A DNA stretch of 64,000 nt, taken from assembly GCA_965215195.1 (NCBI GenBank), contig CBDCDC010000001.1, forward strand, positions 1,088,001 through 1,152,000, in the 5' to 3' direction. The stretch comes from Candidatus Latescibacterota bacterium (GTDB lineage Bacteria > Latescibacterota > UBA2968 > UBA8231). The notes below the pieces were generated by a model. The model saw only the letters and a program-made list of their open reading frames with translations. It had not been told where the DNA came from and ran no database searches. The position numbers and the translations under genes were made by a program. Position 1 is the stretch's first letter; each line of letters starts with the position of its first letter. Below are positions 20,750-30,245 of this stretch, one piece after another.

Positions 20750-22207
20750 TTAGAGATCAGCCGAGCGCCAGTTGCGCAGTCCGGCTACCAAACACTCTTC
20801 GAGCCAAACGCGGAACCGCTCTTCTACGGACTCTAGGTCTTCCCGATAGTTGATCTGAAACAGGCTGCGCGAAAGCACCTTGGCCGGACTCGTCTCCCGT
20901 TCTTCGCGGTCCGTCTGAACTCGCTGAAAGAATACCGCCGAACAGGCGAGTACCCCACGGAATTCGCGTCCGACTCCGTGGAAGGAAAGCAGAATCTGGC
21001 TCTGGTTCGCATTGTGGATGACGAGACGCACCCAAGCGCGGTAGGACTCCAGATTGGCGAAGTAGTCGAGCACCTGTGCTCCGGTCGCGATTTGCTGCCG
21101 GAAATAGTGGCTGCGTTCGCCGTGGTCGGATTCTCCATCGACAAATACGTGAACTTGGTCGAGAACGGCTCCCATGTCGGTCTCGATTGCCGCCCTCAGT
21201 TCGTTCATCCGCGTCTCGGCACCCTGCCGCAGATGTTCCGCCTGATCCTTGACAGTGTTCCATTCACCCGCGAGGGCATCGCGACGATGCTCCAATTCTC
21301 GGCGCGTGGCGCGGATCAAATCCTCGGCGCGGAAGTCCTTCTCAACTTCGCGGGACAAACCAAGTGCCCGCACGAACTCGTATTTCTGGATTTCGGAAAA
21401 AAAGCCGACAAGTGGGTTTAGATTGCCGCGATCCGCTGCTTCCAAGGCGTCCAAATAGTCGCCTTTCGCCTTGCTCCGCACGACCAGAGGAAATCGGTGT
21501 GCCTTGACGAGAACGAGCGTGGCAAGTGCTCTCGCTATCCGGCCATTGCCATCCTGAAACGGATGGATCTGCGTGAAGCGATGGTGGAGCCAAGCGGCCT
21601 CGACTTCGGGAGCGATCTTTTCGTGGGCTCGGTGCATTTCGATCAGCCGGTCCATCTCGGAAGCGACCTGCTCTGGTGGACAGTACTCGTGGATTGCACC
21701 GCTGCGGCCGGTCGGATTGTTGGGTCGTTTCTTGTAGTCGCCGCGTAGCAGGGGAATCCGAACCCGTTTCCCGAGACGGTCCCTTCCCTCTGCTGTCTCT
21801 TGATTCTGCGTCAGCAGTTGGTGAAGCTCCTTGATGTAACTCGTGGAGAGTGTGCGCTCGTCCTTGACGAAGGCGAATACATACTCGATAGCCGTCTCGT
21901 GATCCTGAATCATGGAAGCAATTCGTTCCGGGTCGTCGCCGGAACCGTGAGGGATTAACGTCGCGTCAATGCCGCGCTCAATCAGGAGTTCTGTGACTCC
22001 GCGGTCGAAGTCGTACACCCGTTCTATTAATCCGGTCTCGACCGCCCATTCCCGGTGCAGTTTCCGGTTAAACTCGGACAGTGCCTCCGAGTCTTCTAGC
22101 CGGCTGCGCTCTGTTTCCCATACCGCAGCGAGAGAATTGAGTTCCTTCTGCGCCAAGGCAGCCGGGTCGTTCTCATAGTCGAGGATCGGCGTCCACTTCC
22201 TCGCCAT
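20750..22207 (-). CDS. Fic family protein
   Basis: HPFQDGNGRIAR; upstream TGLIE resembles the (S/T)xxxE inhibitory helix. Confidence 0.9.
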   Translation of the reverse strand: MARKWTPILDYENDPAALAQKELNSLAAVWETERSRLEDSEALSEFNRKLHREWAVETGLIERVYDFDRGVTELLIERGIDATLIPHGSGDDPERIASMIQDHETAIEYVFAFVKDERTLSTSYIKELHQLLTQNQETAEGRDRLGKRVRIPLLRGDYKKRPNNPTGRSGAIHEYCPPEQVASEMDRLIEMHRAHEKIAPEVEAAWLHHRFTQIHPFQDGNGRIARALATLVLVKAHRFPLVVRSKAKGDYLDALEAADRGNLNPLVGFFSEIQKYEFVRALGLSREVEKDFRAEDLIRATRRELEHRRDALAGEWNTVKDQAEHLRQGAETRMNELRAAIETDMGAVLDQVHVFVDGESDHGERSHYFRQQIATGAQVLDYFANLESYRAWVRLVIHNANQSQILLSFHGVGREFRGVLACSAVFFQRVQTDREERETSPAKVLSRSLFQINYREDLESVEERFRVWLEECLVAGLRNWRSADL

Positions 22208-22222
22208 GACTTCGTCCGTCGG

Positions 22223-23212
22223 TTAGGCTCTCGGCACCGGGATGGACACCGGCGCGTTGCCCTGTTTCTGCGATTCTAAAAACCCAATAATCAGCTCTAC
22301 TACAGTATGCCCGGCTCGGCCCGGCGACACCGACTCGACGCCTTGATCCATGGCGGAGATCAGCTCGTGGATGCCGGCGGGGATGCCCTCGACCGGCCAA
22401 GTCGGCGGCGCGAGGGGTTCGGGCTCTTCGCCGCGATATAGGGTACCGCTGTCGCTGCCGAGCAGTACTCTCCCGGTGGTGCCGACCACTTCGAGTTGCT
22501 GCTTGGGCGGCGGCGTGGTCTTAGAGCCGCCGATGTAGAAGCCCCGCACACCCCCAGAGAAGTGAATGTACCCGTTGGCCCCCGGCTCGGTGGCCGGCAC
22601 GTGGCCGCCGTCGCCGCGGTACTCGGCGTAGTCTGCGTATCCTTCCTCCAGCTCGGCCACCACCCACTGGGGCTGTGTGCCCGCGTAGTAGCACATAGCG
22701 TCGAGGGTGTGGGTGCCGTTGCGGAAGAGCATGGCGCGGGGGCCGGAGAGTGCGCCGACGACGTATTGCACCGGGCCGATGACGCCGCGATCGACGATCT
22801 CTTCTTTGGCGTACCGCCACAGGGGCATGAAGCGCCGGGTGTGATCGACCGACAGGGTGGTGTTGTTGGCGTCGCAAGCGGCGATCATGCGGTCGGCGTC
22901 GGCGAGGTTGGTGGCCAGCGGTTTTTCGCAGAAGATGCCCTTGGCCCCGGCATTGGCCGCATCCACGACTAAGTCGGCGTGGCGGTGATCCGAGGTGGCA
23001 ACGGTGGCGATGTCCAGCGACTCGCGGGCGAGCATCTCGCGGTGATCGCGGTACAAGGCAAGGCTCAGGTCCGGCCAGCGTTGCTCAAACTCGCGCAGGG
23101 TCGCTTCGTCGAGATCGCAAGCCGCCACGAGGCGGGCGCGGTCCGACCCGACAATTCCGGTGGCGTGGGCCGCGCCAATGCCGCGGCAGCCAATGACTCC
23201 AGCTCTATACAT
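22223..23212 (-). CDS. Gfo/Idh/MocA family oxidoreductase
   Basis: AGVIGCRGIG, IFCEKPLA, NGTHTLD. Confidence 0.9.
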   Translation of the reverse strand: MYRAGVIGCRGIGAAHATGIVGSDRARLVAACDLDEATLREFEQRWPDLSLALYRDHREMLARESLDIATVATSDHRHADLVVDAANAGAKGIFCEKPLATNLADADRMIAACDANNTTLSVDHTRRFMPLWRYAKEEIVDRGVIGPVQYVVGALSGPRAMLFRNGTHTLDAMCYYAGTQPQWVVAELEEGYADYAEYRGDGGHVPATEPGANGYIHFSGGVRGFYIGGSKTTPPPKQQLEVVGTTGRVLLGSDSGTLYRGEEPEPLAPPTWPVEGIPAGIHELISAMDQGVESVSPGRAGHTVVELIIGFLESQKQGNAPVSIPVPRA

Positions 23213-23255
23213 GCTGTGCTCCTTTCGTTGAGAAATTTTGTAAACCCCGAATGGG

Positions 23256-24314
23256 TCAATGACCCTTGAGCCATCCCCACGTCGTCTCGACCACGGCCGT
23301 TGCAGGCGTCCACTGCGCGGCGCGCTGCATGAAAATGGTTGGATCGGTGCGCCAATCGCCGTAGCCAAGGCGTTGGTCGTCGGTGAGATAGTTGAGCTTG
23401 TCGTCTATGCAGGCCGCTAGGTCGGCGTCCCCTACGGAGAGCGTGAACCCGCCCTGCTCGGTGGCCGCGTCGAGAGCCACGACCGCAAACGCGCCGTTGG
23501 AAGCGTGGCTTGCGTCGCGGTTGCCGATTTCGCCGCGGGCTAGAGCGTCGATGGTTCCATTGCCGAGGGCTTCTAGCAGCTCCACCTCGCCGGCCTCTTG
23601 CCCTAGGTAAATCACTTGCGGCATGTTGGCGTCAGGTGGCTCCAGCCGCAGGCGCCCTTTGAGATTGGACGACGCGCCGGCTGCGGTGATGGTGTAATCG
23701 GCTGTGCCATCGGCCACGAGCTCGCCCTCGGCCATCTCGATGCGCGTACCAGCCGCGAGTACGCCGTTGGCATCGACTAAGCCGGTCAGCTCCAGCAGGC
23801 GGAACTCGCCCGTGGTGCTACTCAGTGCGCCCACCCGATCTTGGCTAGTCAAGTCGCTGTGGCTGACAAGGCGCTCGGCGTCTTCGGCCCGCACCAGCAG
23901 CGATTGGCGAAAGGCAATGTGGCCGGACGTGAAGTGTACGAGGTGTTCGCCGGCCGCATTGCGGGTGCGGGAGTCGAGGATGGTGATGCCGCCGCCGACT
24001 AGGTCGTACTCCGGCCCGGCCGATTGGAGCCATATATCGGGCCACTCGGCGATGCCGCTGCGTTGAAAGGACAGGCCCACGCCGTCCATGGCCTCTAGGG
24101 CGGTCAATAGATCCGCTTCGTATCCGAGATGTTCGTCGAATCCGGCCGTCCCCGGAGCGGGGTCTGCGCTGTAGCTGACCGGCGCGAAAAAGGCGTAGAA
24201 CCCGACTTGGAGCATCTGGCCGTCGCTCGTACAAGCCGGGTCGCTGGACGACGCGCTCGCCGTTAGAAAGAGGGACAAGGATGCGAGAGATGCGTAGGAG
24301 AAGGATGAGGGCAT
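23256..24314 (-). CDS. family-3-like substrate-binding protein with C-terminal TAV..TTWG..K tail
   Basis: signal peptide; LQVGFYAFFAPVSY, GYEADLL, GGITILDSR, FT..H; ends ATAVVETTWGWLKGH; no adjacent permease. Confidence 0.7.
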   Translation of the reverse strand: MPSSFSYASLASLSLFLTASASSSDPACTSDGQMLQVGFYAFFAPVSYSADPAPGTAGFDEHLGYEADLLTALEAMDGVGLSFQRSGIAEWPDIWLQSAGPEYDLVGGGITILDSRTRNAAGEHLVHFTSGHIAFRQSLLVRAEDAERLVSHSDLTSQDRVGALSSTTGEFRLLELTGLVDANGVLAAGTRIEMAEGELVADGTADYTITAAGASSNLKGRLRLEPPDANMPQVIYLGQEAGEVELLEALGNGTIDALARGEIGNRDASHASNGAFAVVALDAATEQGGFTLSVGDADLAACIDDKLNYLTDDQRLGYGDWRTDPTIFMQRAAQWTPATAVVETTWGWLKGH

Positions 24315-24399
24315 GTGGACTCTCGTTTTGGGGTGGCAAGGGAATATGGGGAGGGGGAAGGGTGGGGGCAAATTTTTTGGGGAGGGGAATAGGAAATGT

Positions 24400-25213
24400 T
24401 ACGCACCCTCTTCGAGCCCCCGCGGGGTCAGCGAGCCCGTCAGGGCGGCGAGCTGGTTGGGGGTAAGCCCCGCCTCGAGGCGGAGGAGGGCCCCCCGTCT
24501 CCCACGAGCCGAGGAACCGCGGACGCTGCGCCATGTCGGGCAGGGGCACCCCTACGCAGATGGCGGCCGACCGCCGCAGCGCGGCGGAGAGGTGCTCGGG
24601 ATCGGGGGTGAGCAAGAAGACCCGGGAGGTCTCGCGGCCCAAGCCAAACAGCAGGTCGGACCCGGCCCACTCACACAGCTAGTTGAGGAGGGGCCGCTCG
24701 GCTGGCAGGGGCGGGTCCGCCTTCGGCAGGATCAGGTCGGCCCGCTTGACGATGAGCGTGAGGGGGGGGCCGCACCCCTTGGGTGGCCGCCGCGAAGTAC
24801 CGCCCCACCTGCCCCAAGGCGACCGCCGGGTCGCGGAGCAGGTCTTGGGGGTTGACCCCCAGCGGCGGCGGCGGCGGCGGGCCCTGACAGCGGTCAAACA
24901 CGGCCTGCCCCTCCTTGGAGCTAAAGCGCAGCCCCCGCGTCAGGTCGAAGGTGGCCACCCGCCGCCGCTCGGCGAGGGTCTCGCGGCTGACCTCCGGCGG
25001 GGAAAGCGGGGGAAGCGGGGGGTCCTCGCCCTCGGCCAGGTCCATGACCAAGGCCTCGGCCTCGGTGCGCCGGATCAAGAACGCGGGGAGGTCCTCGCCG
25101 GGGTTCTAGGGGTAGTCGCCTATGTTACCGTGGAGGATGAACACGGTCGCCTGCTGGGTCCGCAGCATGCCGCAGACGGTCTCGTCATACCACGACAGGG
25201 GGAGGAGGCTCAT
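24400..25213 (-). pseudogene. decayed N-terminal part of a classical AAA+ ATPase gene
   Basis: across frameshifts and an in-frame TAG: WYDETV...VFILHGNIGDY / VATFDLTRGLRF / LIVKRADLILP / LLN*LCEW / VPLPD...RFL / LTPNQLAALTGSLT; no Walker A left; ATG overlaps stop of 25210..25446. Confidence 0.55.
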
Positions 25214-25446
25214 CCGAAGGAATCCTCGCCTAGGATGACAGCAGAAACAGACGGCTGGTCCTTGGTCTCTTCGTCGTCGGCGTTGTAGGGGATATAGAGG
25301 TTGGGGGTGTTGGGGTCGGCTTGGACATCGCAGGCCACGACGGAGTCCTCGAACAGCCGCCAGTAGCCCACCGAGCTGTCGGTCAGCACGAGGGCCTCGG
25401 GATCACAGTGGGCCGTGAGGCGGTCACACAGTTGCTTGACGGTCAT
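25210..25446 (-). CDS. small hypothetical protein, phage/element-like
   Basis: SD AAGGAG; MTVKQLCDRL...VIL architecture typical of small phage proteins. Confidence 0.55.
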   Translation of the reverse strand: MTVKQLCDRLTAHCDPEALVLTDSSVGYWRLFEDSVVACDVQADPNTPNLYIPYNADDEETKDQPSVSAVILGEDSFG

Positions 25447-25532
25447 ACGCTACGAATCTCCTTTCTAGGGGACGATAGGGGGGGCAGCGAGCTCGCCGCC
25501 CTCTCTATGCTTGAGGGTCAGACCGGACCGCG

Positions 25533-26837
25533 CTATTGGCAAAAGGGCAAGTCCCCTCGGCTCAGTTGAGGCACGTTTTTCAACGCTGCGGGTATGCACC
25601 CACTCAACTGATTATTTTCGAGAGATAGCCGTTCTAGGTAGGTCAGTTGGCCTAATTCAGGCGGGATAGAACCACTCAACTGATTACTGTTGAGAGATAG
25701 CCGTTCTAGGTAGGTCAGTTGGCCTAAGGCAGATGGGATAGAACCACTCAACTGATTACCGTTGAGAGATAGCCATTCTAGGTAGGTCAGTTGGCCTAAG
25801 GCAGATGGGATAGAACCACTCAACTGATTACCGTTGAGAGATAGCCATTCTAGGTAGGTCAGTTGGCCTAATTCAGGCGGGATAGAACCACTCAACCGAT
25901 TAATGCCGAGATCTAGCCATTCTAGGTAGGTCAGTTGGCCTAAGGCAGATGGGATAGAACCACTCAACTGATTATTGTGGAGAGCTAGTTCTCTTAGGTA
26001 GGTCAGTTGGCCTAATTCGGGCGGGATAGAACCACTCAACAACCGATTATTGCCAAGCCATAGCCATTTTAGGTAGGTCAGTTGACCTAAGGCAGGCGGG
26101 ATGGAACCACTCAACCGATTCTGGCCGAGATATAGCTTTTCTAGGTAGGTCAGTTGGCCTAAGGCAGATGGGATAGAACCACTCAACCGATTATCGTTGA
26201 GAGACAGGCTGGTAACGCGCCCGTTTGCATTGGTTCTTACTCCCTCCCAAGCAGACAACGGCGCGTCGCTTAACCAACCGTCTTTCCTTTTCCAGTGGTT
26301 GCCGCCTGTGGCCGAGAAAAGAGCCTCAAGCACGGCACGGTCTCCCTCAGGGGTTCCAGCGAGACGATCGAAGTTATCTGGGAGTGTCCCGTCCGGCTCT
26401 TCCGTCGGCGGCGACTCTTCCGCGGGCGGGGTCTCTTCCGTCGGCGGGGTCTCTTCCGCAGGCGGCATCTCCACGCCATCCGAACAGCCTATCAGCACAT
26501 CTGTCAAGTCAACCTGACCGTCTCCGTTACAATCGCCCTCCACAGCCTGAGCCGTGCCGTCCGGCTCTTCCGTCGGCGGGGTCTCTTCTGCAGGCGGTGT
26601 CTCTTCCGTCGGCGGCATCTCTTCTGTAGGCGGCGACTCTTCCGTCGGCGGTGCCTCTTCCGCAGGCGGCGACTCCACTCCATCCGAACAGCCTAACAGC
26701 GCGTCCGTCAAGTCAACCCGACCATCTCCATTACAATCGCCGACCGCGACCTTAGCCGCAGGGACACCCGAATCAACCGGATTGTCTGGATTGCTACAAG
26801 CCAACAACAAAAACGAGAACAGCAAAGAAAAACGCAT
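25533..26837 (-). CDS. lipoprotein with two dockerin/EF-hand-like motifs, Pro/Glu/Thr linkers and nine plant-type LRRs
   Basis: MRFSLLFSFLLLAC lipobox; GDCNGDG.VDLTD x2; EE(T/S)PP(T/A) repeats; DRAVLEALF..TGG.HW...GW...W.GV cap; LxxLxLxxNxLSGSIPxxLGQLTY. Confidence 0.92.
   Translation of the reverse strand: MRFSLLFSFLLLACSNPDNPVDSGVPAAKVAVGDCNGDGRVDLTDALLGCSDGVESPPAEEAPPTEESPPTEEMPPTEETPPAEETPPTEEPDGTAQAVEGDCNGDGQVDLTDVLIGCSDGVEMPPAEETPPTEETPPAEESPPTEEPDGTLPDNFDRLAGTPEGDRAVLEALFSATGGNHWKRKDGWLSDAPLSAWEGVRTNANGRVTSLSLNDNRLSGSIPSALGQLTYLEKLYLGQNRLSGSIPPALGQLTYLKWLWLGNNRLLSGSIPPELGQLTYLRELALHNNQLSGSIPSALGQLTYLEWLDLGINRLSGSIPPELGQLTYLEWLSLNGNQLSGSIPSALGQLTYLEWLSLNGNQLSGSIPSALGQLTYLERLSLNSNQLSGSIPPELGQLTYLERLSLENNQLSGCIPAALKNVPQLSRGDLPFCQ
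25590..26200 (-). repeat. 72-bp coding tandem repeats (LRR array)
   Basis: near-invariant AGGTAGGTCAGTTGGCCTAA...GGGATAGAACCACTCAA every 72 bp (one unit is 75 bp). Confidence 0.95.
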
Positions 26838-26875
26838 AAAAAACCATCCTTTCGTGATGGTGAAGGGGTAAGGGG

Positions 26876-26918
26876 CACAGTGGGCCGTGAGGCGGTCACA
26901 CCGTTCTTTGACGGTCAT
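26876..26918 (-). repeat. 43-bp direct duplicate of 25404..25446
   Basis: 40/43 identical; encodes MTVKERCDRLTAHC vs MTVKQLCDRLTAHC; the two copies bracket the LRR gene. Confidence 0.9.
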
Positions 26919-27052
26919 GGGGTCGCCTTTCGGGGTACAATGGGGATAGCATCCGGGTACAGGTAGTCGCTTGGCGGTGCTCAGGACGCGGCTTGAGGAG
27001 ATGCTTCGTGCGAAGTGCTTCACGCATCTCAAACCCAAGGAACGTCAGTCAA

Positions 27053-28396
27053 TCACTCCGCATAGGGAACGGTGCCTCGGGCATCTACTTGGTAGCCCCA
27101 GCGTTTGAGATAAGCTGGGCCGGGGAGGAAGAGGTCGTCGGCTGCGGCGAGGCGGCGCCTTAGGGCCGCGTCTAATTCGTCGAGCAAGCCCTGCTGGCCG
27201 GGCTGTCCCACGAGGTTGTCCTGTTGGAAGGGATCGGCCTCGTTGTCGTAGAGCAGCCACGGCCCCTCTAGGGCGCGTGCGTACGTGTGGCGGCGGGTGC
27301 GCAGGCCCCGGTACGACCGACCGCCGACGCCGGTCCACCACTGCCCAAAGGGATGGGGACACTGCAAGAGTGCGCTGCCGTCCGAGGGGTCTGGGCCGCC
27401 TTGCAGGTACGCGGAAAAGTCGATTCCTTCCACTGTGGAAGGAATCCGTAGGCCGCACAGGCCCAACAGGGTCGGCATGATGTCCGGCAGGTCGATGGGC
27501 GCGTCGAGCTGGCGACCGGCCGCGCCCATCCCGGGATAGCGCAGCAGGAACGGCACGCGGATGGACTCTTCGTAGGGCTTTTGCTTTTTGTCCATGCCCT
27601 GCGAGCCGAGCATGTCGCCGTGATCCGAGAAGAACAGAAAGACCGTTTCTCGTTCCAGCCCCTCCGCCTGCAAGGTCTGGAGCAACATGCCGACGCAGTC
27701 GTCGAGGGCCGTGCAATGGGCGTAGTACCCGGCGAGCCACTGCCGCGCCCGCTCGGCCCAGTCGGCTGGCACGTTGGGCCGCAGGGCGAGAGCGGCCGGA
27801 TCGTACAGGGCTTGGTACGCTGGCGGGGCCGTGTGATAGGGGGCGTGCGGCGGCCCCCACGACAGGACCAGCAAGAAGGGCTTGCGGCCGCGGTTGCGCA
27901 GGTACGTTTGGGCGTCGCGGGTTTGGGCCAAGGCGTCGTAGCCTTCCCACGCGAGTCGCTCGTCCGAGTCGCCGGCATAGTACGCGGAATGGTTGTAGCT
28001 GTGAGTGCATTCGAGCACCTTCCAGTACTCAAAGCCCTGCCGCCGCTCGGGCGGGATATAGCGGGAGCGGCCCCGGCCATTGACGTGCCACTTGCCGATA
28101 TAGGCCGTGTCGTAGCCGCCCGCGCCAAAAGCCTGCGCGAGGCTCGTGGCGTCTTGGCTCAGTTCCACGTCGTTGACAAAGACCCCGTGCGTGAGGGGGT
28201 ATTGACCGGTCAGGAGCGAGGCCCGCGCCGGCGAGCACACCGAGCAGCCAGACACCGCATGGGTGCAGTTGACGCTGCGGCGCGCCAGCGCGTCCAAATT
28301 GGGGGTTTGCACGTTGGGGTCGCCGGCGTAGCCGAAGGCTTGGGCACGCCATTGGTCGGCGAAGACGAGAACGACATTCGGCGGTTTGTTGGGCAT
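27053..28396 (-). CDS. sulfatase (formylglycine type)
   Basis: PNVVLVFADQWR, CSPARASLLTG, YIGKWH, SDHGD, PYEESIRVP. Confidence 0.93.
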   Translation of the reverse strand: MPNKPPNVVLVFADQWRAQAFGYAGDPNVQTPNLDALARRSVNCTHAVSGCSVCSPARASLLTGQYPLTHGVFVNDVELSQDATSLAQAFGAGGYDTAYIGKWHVNGRGRSRYIPPERRQGFEYWKVLECTHSYNHSAYYAGDSDERLAWEGYDALAQTRDAQTYLRNRGRKPFLLVLSWGPPHAPYHTAPPAYQALYDPAALALRPNVPADWAERARQWLAGYYAHCTALDDCVGMLLQTLQAEGLERETVFLFFSDHGDMLGSQGMDKKQKPYEESIRVPFLLRYPGMGAAGRQLDAPIDLPDIMPTLLGLCGLRIPSTVEGIDFSAYLQGGPDPSDGSALLQCPHPFGQWWTGVGGRSYRGLRTRRHTYARALEGPWLLYDNEADPFQQDNLVGQPGQQGLLDELDAALRRRLAAADDLFLPGPAYLKRWGYQVDARGTVPYAE

Positions 28397-28461
28397 TGGG
28401 CATCTCCGCGGCTGGGATGAACAGCTTCCAATATCTTCGCGCCGGGGGGCGGCTGTCAATG

Positions 28462-28490
28462 TTGACCGGGTTCGACGCACGGGGTACTTT
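28462..28490 (+). promoter_or_regulatory. putative sigma70 promoter
   Basis: TTGACC-N17-TACTTT in the divergent intergenic region upstream of 28574. Confidence 0.4.
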
Positions 28491-28573
28491 GGCCCCGCCT
28501 GAAGGTCTGGGTATATTGAAAATCGCTTTTGCAAGCTCCGGGATTTCGCCACCCTCGTCATTATAGCATAGCC

Positions 28574-29365
28574 ATGAACGACCTCGAAACGCTGCAGTAC
28601 CTATTCGACGTGCAGGGCTATCTGGTGCTCGAAAACGTCCTCGACCCCGAGCAAGTGGCCGCCCTCAACCACTTGCTCGACGCACACCTGCCGCCGGCAA
28701 AGGGCCACCGCTTTGGCACTGCACCGAGCGGCTCGGGCTTTTTGGACTGGGGGCAGCCCTTTATCGACCTGCTCGACCACCCTCAGATCATGCCCGTGCT
28801 GCGCTTCCGCTTGGGCGATTGCTTTCGCCTCGACCGGATCTACGGCTTGTGTTTGCGCTACGGCACGTCCAGAGGACCTTTGCACAGCGACTACGGCCCC
28901 ACGGCGCCCACGTCCGGGGCCCAGCCGGGCCAGTACCATCCCCTGCGCGACAACCAGATCCTCAACGGCTTTGTCGTGGCGACTTGGAACTTGACCGAGG
29001 CCGGCCCGGACTACGGCGGCTTTTGCTGCATTCCCGGCAGCCACAAGAGCCATTTCAAGCTGCCGCAGCCGATTGCCGACGCGCCCGAACAGGCCTCCTG
29101 CGTGATAACCCCCGCGGCCCCGGCCGGCTCGGTTACTTTGTTTACCGAAGCCCTGACCCACGGGACGACCGCTTGGCACGGGCGGCACCAGCGGCGCGCC
29201 TTGCTCTACAAATACTGCGTCTCGCAAATGGCTTGGACCAACAGGCGCGTGCAACCGCCAGCCGATCTGACTCGGCGGCAGCAACTCCTCTTTGGCGAGC
29301 CGGCCGATCCGCACCGCTTTTTCCCCTCGCTTTTTGAAGGCGTTGACGAGGGGACGAGTTCGTGA
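28574..29365 (+). CDS. PhyH family Fe/2OG dioxygenase (HSD)
   Basis: YLFDVQGYL, LHSD, GGFCCIPGSHK, FTEALTHGT...RR. Confidence 0.9.
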   Translation: MNDLETLQYLFDVQGYLVLENVLDPEQVAALNHLLDAHLPPAKGHRFGTAPSGSGFLDWGQPFIDLLDHPQIMPVLRFRLGDCFRLDRIYGLCLRYGTSRGPLHSDYGPTAPTSGAQPGQYHPLRDNQILNGFVVATWNLTEAGPDYGGFCCIPGSHKSHFKLPQPIADAPEQASCVITPAAPAGSVTLFTEALTHGTTAWHGRHQRRALLYKYCVSQMAWTNRRVQPPADLTRRQQLLFGEPADPHRFFPSLFEGVDEGTSS

Positions 29366-29438
29366 TGTCAATGCCCCCTTTTAACCGAACTGCAATTGAA
29401 GCACGGACCCTACACCTTTCGACGAGACGAGGTTCCCG

Positions 29439-30224
29439 ATGACTCCCGAACAAGCCCTAGAAAAACGCCAACAGTTATTGCGCGACGGATTCTGCGTCGT
29501 CGATAACATTCTGCGCGACGAATTCTTGCGGGAATTGCGCGACGAGACCGAGCGCATGATGGAGGACTGGGTGCCGCCGCCCGACTTCAAGTACCAGGGC
29601 CAACACGTCACCGCACGCGGGGAAGACAATCCGACGATTCAGAAGCTGCTCGACTGGCCCCCCACGCGCCGCGCCCTCGAACAAATGGGCCTAGGCGACT
29701 TTGCCAGCACGGGCGGCATCATCCTCCTGACCAAAGACCCGGGCGAGCCGGCCCTATACTGGCACCAAGACTGGATGCAGTGGAACGATCCCTTGAGCTG
29801 TTCGCCGTGGCCGCAGATCATTTTCGTGTCCTACTATTTGAGCGATACCGCGCCGGAAAACGGCTGCCTCAAAGTCATCCCCGGCACCCACCACAAGCGC
29901 ATCCCCTTGCACGACGAAATGGTGCCGGCCCACGAGCAAGGGGCGCGTTTCATAGAAGAAGACCACCCGACCATGTTTAGCGATCACCCCGACCAAGTCG
30001 ATGTCTGCGTCAAGGCTGGCGATTTGGTGCTGGCCGACGCCCGCGTGCTGCACTCGGCGTATCGCAACCAGACCGACCAGCGGCGCACGTTGGTGTTGGC
30101 TTGGCACCGGCGTCCGCAGACCGTTCCCGCCTATTGGACCGACGAAGTGCCGGCCATCATCGCCGAGCGCGATCCGCAAAAGGAATACCCTGGCTCGCGC
30201 ATCCCCGGCGAACTTCTGCAATAA
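29439..30224 (+). CDS. PhyH family Fe/2OG dioxygenase (HQD)
   Basis: WHQDW, NGCLKVIPGTH, VLHSAYRN...RR. Confidence 0.92.
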   Translation: MTPEQALEKRQQLLRDGFCVVDNILRDEFLRELRDETERMMEDWVPPPDFKYQGQHVTARGEDNPTIQKLLDWPPTRRALEQMGLGDFASTGGIILLTKDPGEPALYWHQDWMQWNDPLSCSPWPQIIFVSYYLSDTAPENGCLKVIPGTHHKRIPLHDEMVPAHEQGARFIEEDHPTMFSDHPDQVDVCVKAGDLVLADARVLHSAYRNQTDQRRTLVLAWHRRPQTVPAYWTDEVPAIIAERDPQKEYPGSRIPGELLQ

Positions 30225-30245
30225 GTAAAAGTTGACGTACAAACT

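Noticed and set aside
24340-24390. G-run tract as a functional G-quadruplex
   Set aside because: Single occurrence at the edge of a decayed element with no supporting evidence
25590-26200. 72-bp periodic repeats as a CRISPR array
   Set aside because: They are in-frame LRR codons, the intervening segments are homologous to each other, and there are no cas genes
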